This document shows positions 61,280-64,000 of a stretch of 64,000 bases of DNA, in pieces. The stretch is from positions 32,001 through 96,000 of the forward strand of contig CAVTQK010000015.1 of the NCBI GenBank assembly GCA_963736855.1, given 5' to 3'. Both the position numbers and the translations under genes were made by a program. Numbering within the stretch: position 1 is the first letter of the stretch; each line of letters begins with the position of its first letter. This stretch comes from an uncultured delta proteobacterium. Lineage in GTDB: Bacteria; Desulfobacterota; Desulfobacteria; Desulfobacterales; UBA2156. Below the pieces are notes generated by a model that was given only the letters and a program-made list of their open reading frames with translations, made no database searches and was not told the origin of the DNA.

Positions 61280-61816
61280 ATGAACCAGGTGATTCTTCAA
61301 AACAACGGCATCCTCCTCCATGAAACGAAAGTCGTGACGGGAGGGCCACTCCCTTTTCTCAATCATGAGATCCTGTTGGATGTCGGATTTACGCTCAGGA
61401 GTTATTTTCGAATGCTGGGAGCATATTCGATCCTGCAGGAATTGAACGCTTTTATTTCCATGCTCATGGAGCAGTATCGGAAAAGTCCTGGAAGCGGGTG
61501 CACCTACCCCGGATTGGATCATCTGGAGTTCAACAGAACGGTGGAAATGATCGGTTTCCCCGGAAAACCTAAAATGGAAATTTACACCGTTTTTCAAGGA
61601 GTTAGAAAAATGGAGCGCCTCGAGATCCGATCCATTCGCATCGAAAACCTTTTAGATATGCCGGTGAAACTGGGACGATTGAAACACATTGTCTTCGGAG
61701 ATAAAATGGACGTGTTTGAATTCGATACGATTTACACCCTATTTGAGTTCGTGGATGGAATCGCCTGGGAACTCAGTTTTCATGGAACCCCCATGGAATG
61801 CCAGATAAGGAGATGA
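61280..61816 (+). CDS. Hypothetical protein in the hmc operon
   Basis: 178-aa ORF tightly packed between hmcF and the USP gene. Confidence 0.75.
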   Translation: MNQVILQNNGILLHETKVVTGGPLPFLNHEILLDVGFTLRSYFRMLGAYSILQELNAFISMLMEQYRKSPGSGCTYPGLDHLEFNRTVEMIGFPGKPKMEIYTVFQGVRKMERLEIRSIRIENLLDMPVKLGRLKHIVFGDKMDVFEFDTIYTLFEFVDGIAWELSFHGTPMECQIRR

Positions 61817-61819
61817 CCC

Positions 61820-62746
61820 ATGTTCAAAAAAATCCTTTTCGCCACAACAGCATCCCCCACCTGTGACAACGCAGCCAAGGTGGCTTTTGATCTCGAGACG
61901 AAATGGGAAGCAAAGCTGTTTGTTTTTCACGTGCTGGGCATTCCCACGCGTGGTTTCAGCTCCTTTGTCACGGACTCCCGGACCGGAGAGACGGAGACAG
62001 TGGATCTCGATTATATTGAATGGGTCAAGGAAGAAATGAAAAACACTTATGGGGATCTCCTGAAGTACAGCACCGACGTCGAAATTGACACTGTTCCCGG
62101 AGTACCGCACCGGGAAATTTTGCGAAAGGCACGGAAAGAAGATGTGGACATGATCATCATGGGCGCCCATACGCGACAGGAAGATGTGGGTGCCACCCGG
62201 TATCGGGGAGTGGTGGGAAGCACCATGCAAAAGGTGGCCAAAGCCGCCCGTTGTCCGGTCGTCATTATCAGCCGGCCGTGTACAACCTGCTGGAAACTGT
62301 TTTCCAACATCGTCTTTGGGACTGATTTTTCCAAAGCCTCGGATTATGCATTTCTCTGGGCCTTCAAACTGGCCAGGGAAATCGGTGCCGCCATCCATAT
62401 TTTTCACGCATGCGACATCAACATGGGATCGGCGGGGAGAGTCGAAGGTCAGGAGGAGATCGAGGCCAAGATACAGGCTGCCCGAAAAAAGATCGATGAA
62501 CGGTATATATCCAAAATGGACGGATATGAAAAGCATAGCGTCGAGATCTGGGAAGGGACGCCTTATGTGGAAATCCTGAAATTTTCAAGGGAAAAGCAGG
62601 CCGATCTTATTGTGATGGCACATCATGCACGGGAGCTCGACCCTGAAAAGGCTCTTCTCGGAAGCACAGTGGAACAGGTGGTTTTAAGGGCTTCATGTCC
62701 TGTGGCGAGCGTCAATCATCCGGACAAAGTTGTGGACATGGAATAG
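61820..62746 (+). CDS. Tandem universal stress protein
   Basis: MFKKILFAT, DMIIMG, GST...V, second domain GTDFS...LGSTVEQVV. Confidence 0.93.
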   Translation: MFKKILFATTASPTCDNAAKVAFDLETKWEAKLFVFHVLGIPTRGFSSFVTDSRTGETETVDLDYIEWVKEEMKNTYGDLLKYSTDVEIDTVPGVPHREILRKARKEDVDMIIMGAHTRQEDVGATRYRGVVGSTMQKVAKAARCPVVIISRPCTTCWKLFSNIVFGTDFSKASDYAFLWAFKLAREIGAAIHIFHACDINMGSAGRVEGQEEIEAKIQAARKKIDERYISKMDGYEKHSVEIWEGTPYVEILKFSREKQADLIVMAHHARELDPEKALLGSTVEQVVLRASCPVASVNHPDKVVDME

Positions 62747-62764
62747 CATCACAGCGTTGCGTGT

Positions 62765-63163
62765 ATGGAAAAGAAGAGGATTCTCATCGTCGACGATGCC
62801 ATGGACATGCGAATTTTTCTTTCCGCCCTTTTCAACACCTCCGGTTTCCACGCGGTCGCCGTGAAAAACGGCAAGGAAGGAATCCGAAAAGCCAGAGAGA
62901 TCCGACCCCATCTGATTATACTGGACGTTATGATGCCCGACGAAGGGGGAGCGGCCATGTACCGGGATCTTAAAGCCGATAAAGGGCTTGCAAACATTCC
63001 GGTGGTGATGCTCTCCGCGGTGGAGAAGAAAACCTTCTACCATTACCTAAAAATGTATAAACTCCATCAGAACGAAGACATGCCGGAGCCGGAGGCCTAT
63101 ATGGAAAAGCCACCGGATCCCGAGGTTCTCATCAAGTTAGCCAAGACCTTATTGGCTTGTTGA
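62765..63163 (+). CDS. Single-domain response regulator
   Basis: ILIVDD, LDVMMP, IPVVMLS, EKP. Confidence 0.92.
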   Translation: MEKKRILIVDDAMDMRIFLSALFNTSGFHAVAVKNGKEGIRKAREIRPHLIILDVMMPDEGGAAMYRDLKADKGLANIPVVMLSAVEKKTFYHYLKMYKLHQNEDMPEPEAYMEKPPDPEVLIKLAKTLLAC

Positions 63164-63382
63164 TACAGTCCTTTATAATAAAACCCTGAAATAAGCCTCG
63201 TTTTCTCCAAGTGTGTTAATCTCGTCACTATCGGAACACCCGATTCATCCAGTGTTTTTCCATTTTGTTCTTGACTTGGAAATACCTCTTTGCTAATTCC
63301 GCTCATGATTTTTGTGCAATAATTTCTATTGGTATAAAATATTTGTCAAATTGAGCAAGCTATCAGCTTTCAGAATCCGTTA

Positions 63383-64000
63383 ATGTTTTCGCGAATCGTT
63401 CCTGTCGCCCAGAAGCCCTTGACAGTTTCCCAGGCAGCCGCTTTATGCGGGGTTAACCGAAATACCATCGGGTTCTGGATTCGTTCAAAAAAGCTCAGAG
63501 CCCAAAGAATGGGCCGGAACTATACCATTCCCGTAGAAGAGCTGATCTTTTTCTTAAAGACATCGGGGCAGCCGATTCCAGAGTCTATCGGCGGAAAGGG
63601 ACTCAGGGGACCCTATTTCCGATCCATGCAGAAATGCTGGCAGTTATTAAAGAAATCCGAACATGCGAAAGATTGTCAGGAGTGTACGGTTTTCAACAAC
63701 GAACTCGAAGTCTGCTTCACCGGAAAAGAAACCAGCACCTTCGGGTGCAAGAACGGATGTCACGAGTGCGAATATTATCTGGAGGTTTACCACTCAAGGA
63801 TCCAGTTCATTCATCAGATCGCTTTTCCGGCGGCTGTTTACAAAGACATGTTTTTTTGGGGATCCAACGAAATGTGGGCCGAACTGTGTGGAGTCAAGAT
63901 TAATGAAATGGTCGGCATGGGCATTGAGCAGTTTTACCACCCGGATTCGCTTGGAATGGTGATATCCAACAACAATAAGCGATCCTTAAAGGATCCGTCA
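63383..64000 (+). CDS. Excisionase-like HTH regulator with Cys-rich and PAS-like domains (runs off window; not in ORF track)
   Basis: LTVSQAAALCGVNRNTIGFWIRSKKL.A...GRNY.I; CWQ..CQEC..C..C..CHEC; G..IEQFYHPDS. Confidence 0.85.
   Translation, partial: MFSRIVPVAQKPLTVSQAAALCGVNRNTIGFWIRSKKLRAQRMGRNYTIPVEELIFFLKTSGQPIPESIGGKGLRGPYFRSMQKCWQLLKKSEHAKDCQECTVFNNELEVCFTGKETSTFGCKNGCHECEYYLEVYHSRIQFIHQIAFPAAVYKDMFFWGSNEMWAELCGVKINEMVGMGIEQFYHPDSLGMVISNNNKRSLKDPS

Noticed and set aside
63310..63330. Rex box (TTGTGAAnnnnTTCACAA) near hmc
   Set aside because: Only a half-site matches; same for 46032-46049
1..64000. CRISPR arrays, tRNA/rRNA genes, prophage or defence genes, and the many long antisense ORFs in the track
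   Set aside because: No regularly spaced repeats, RNA-gene signatures or phage/defence motifs seen; antisense ORFs are shadows of well-supported genes

Overview
Chromosomal window from a sulfate-reducing deltaproteobacterium (Desulfobacterales-like, inferred from the qrcD-like gene, the hmcABCDEF operon, ahbB and AOR). It is mostly housekeeping and energy genes: murA, comEC, mtnA, pepA, hisD, serC, aor, fad genes, dusB, queF, polA, priA, two-component systems and a 16-heme Hmc operon. The ORF track misses several things. (1) Two genes read through an in-frame TGA at a conserved Cys position, each with a SECIS-like hairpin 11-12 nt downstream, so both are probable selenoproteins: a secreted DUF1573/Ig-like protein (U-G-C) that heads a 4-gene operon, and an AhpD/CMD protein (CxxU). 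(2) A family of miniature inverted-repeat elements shares ~19-bp termini; three have perfect 6-bp target duplications, and the family carries different structured internal sequences. (3) Several small or unlisted genes (after qrcD, hmcD, a 58-aa gene, an HTH-Cys-PAS regulator). (4) A frameshifted fadN preceded by FadR-type operators. (5) A decayed IS4-family element directly in front of a heme/Cys-motif sensor kinase. All family calls come from motif recognition; no database searches were run.
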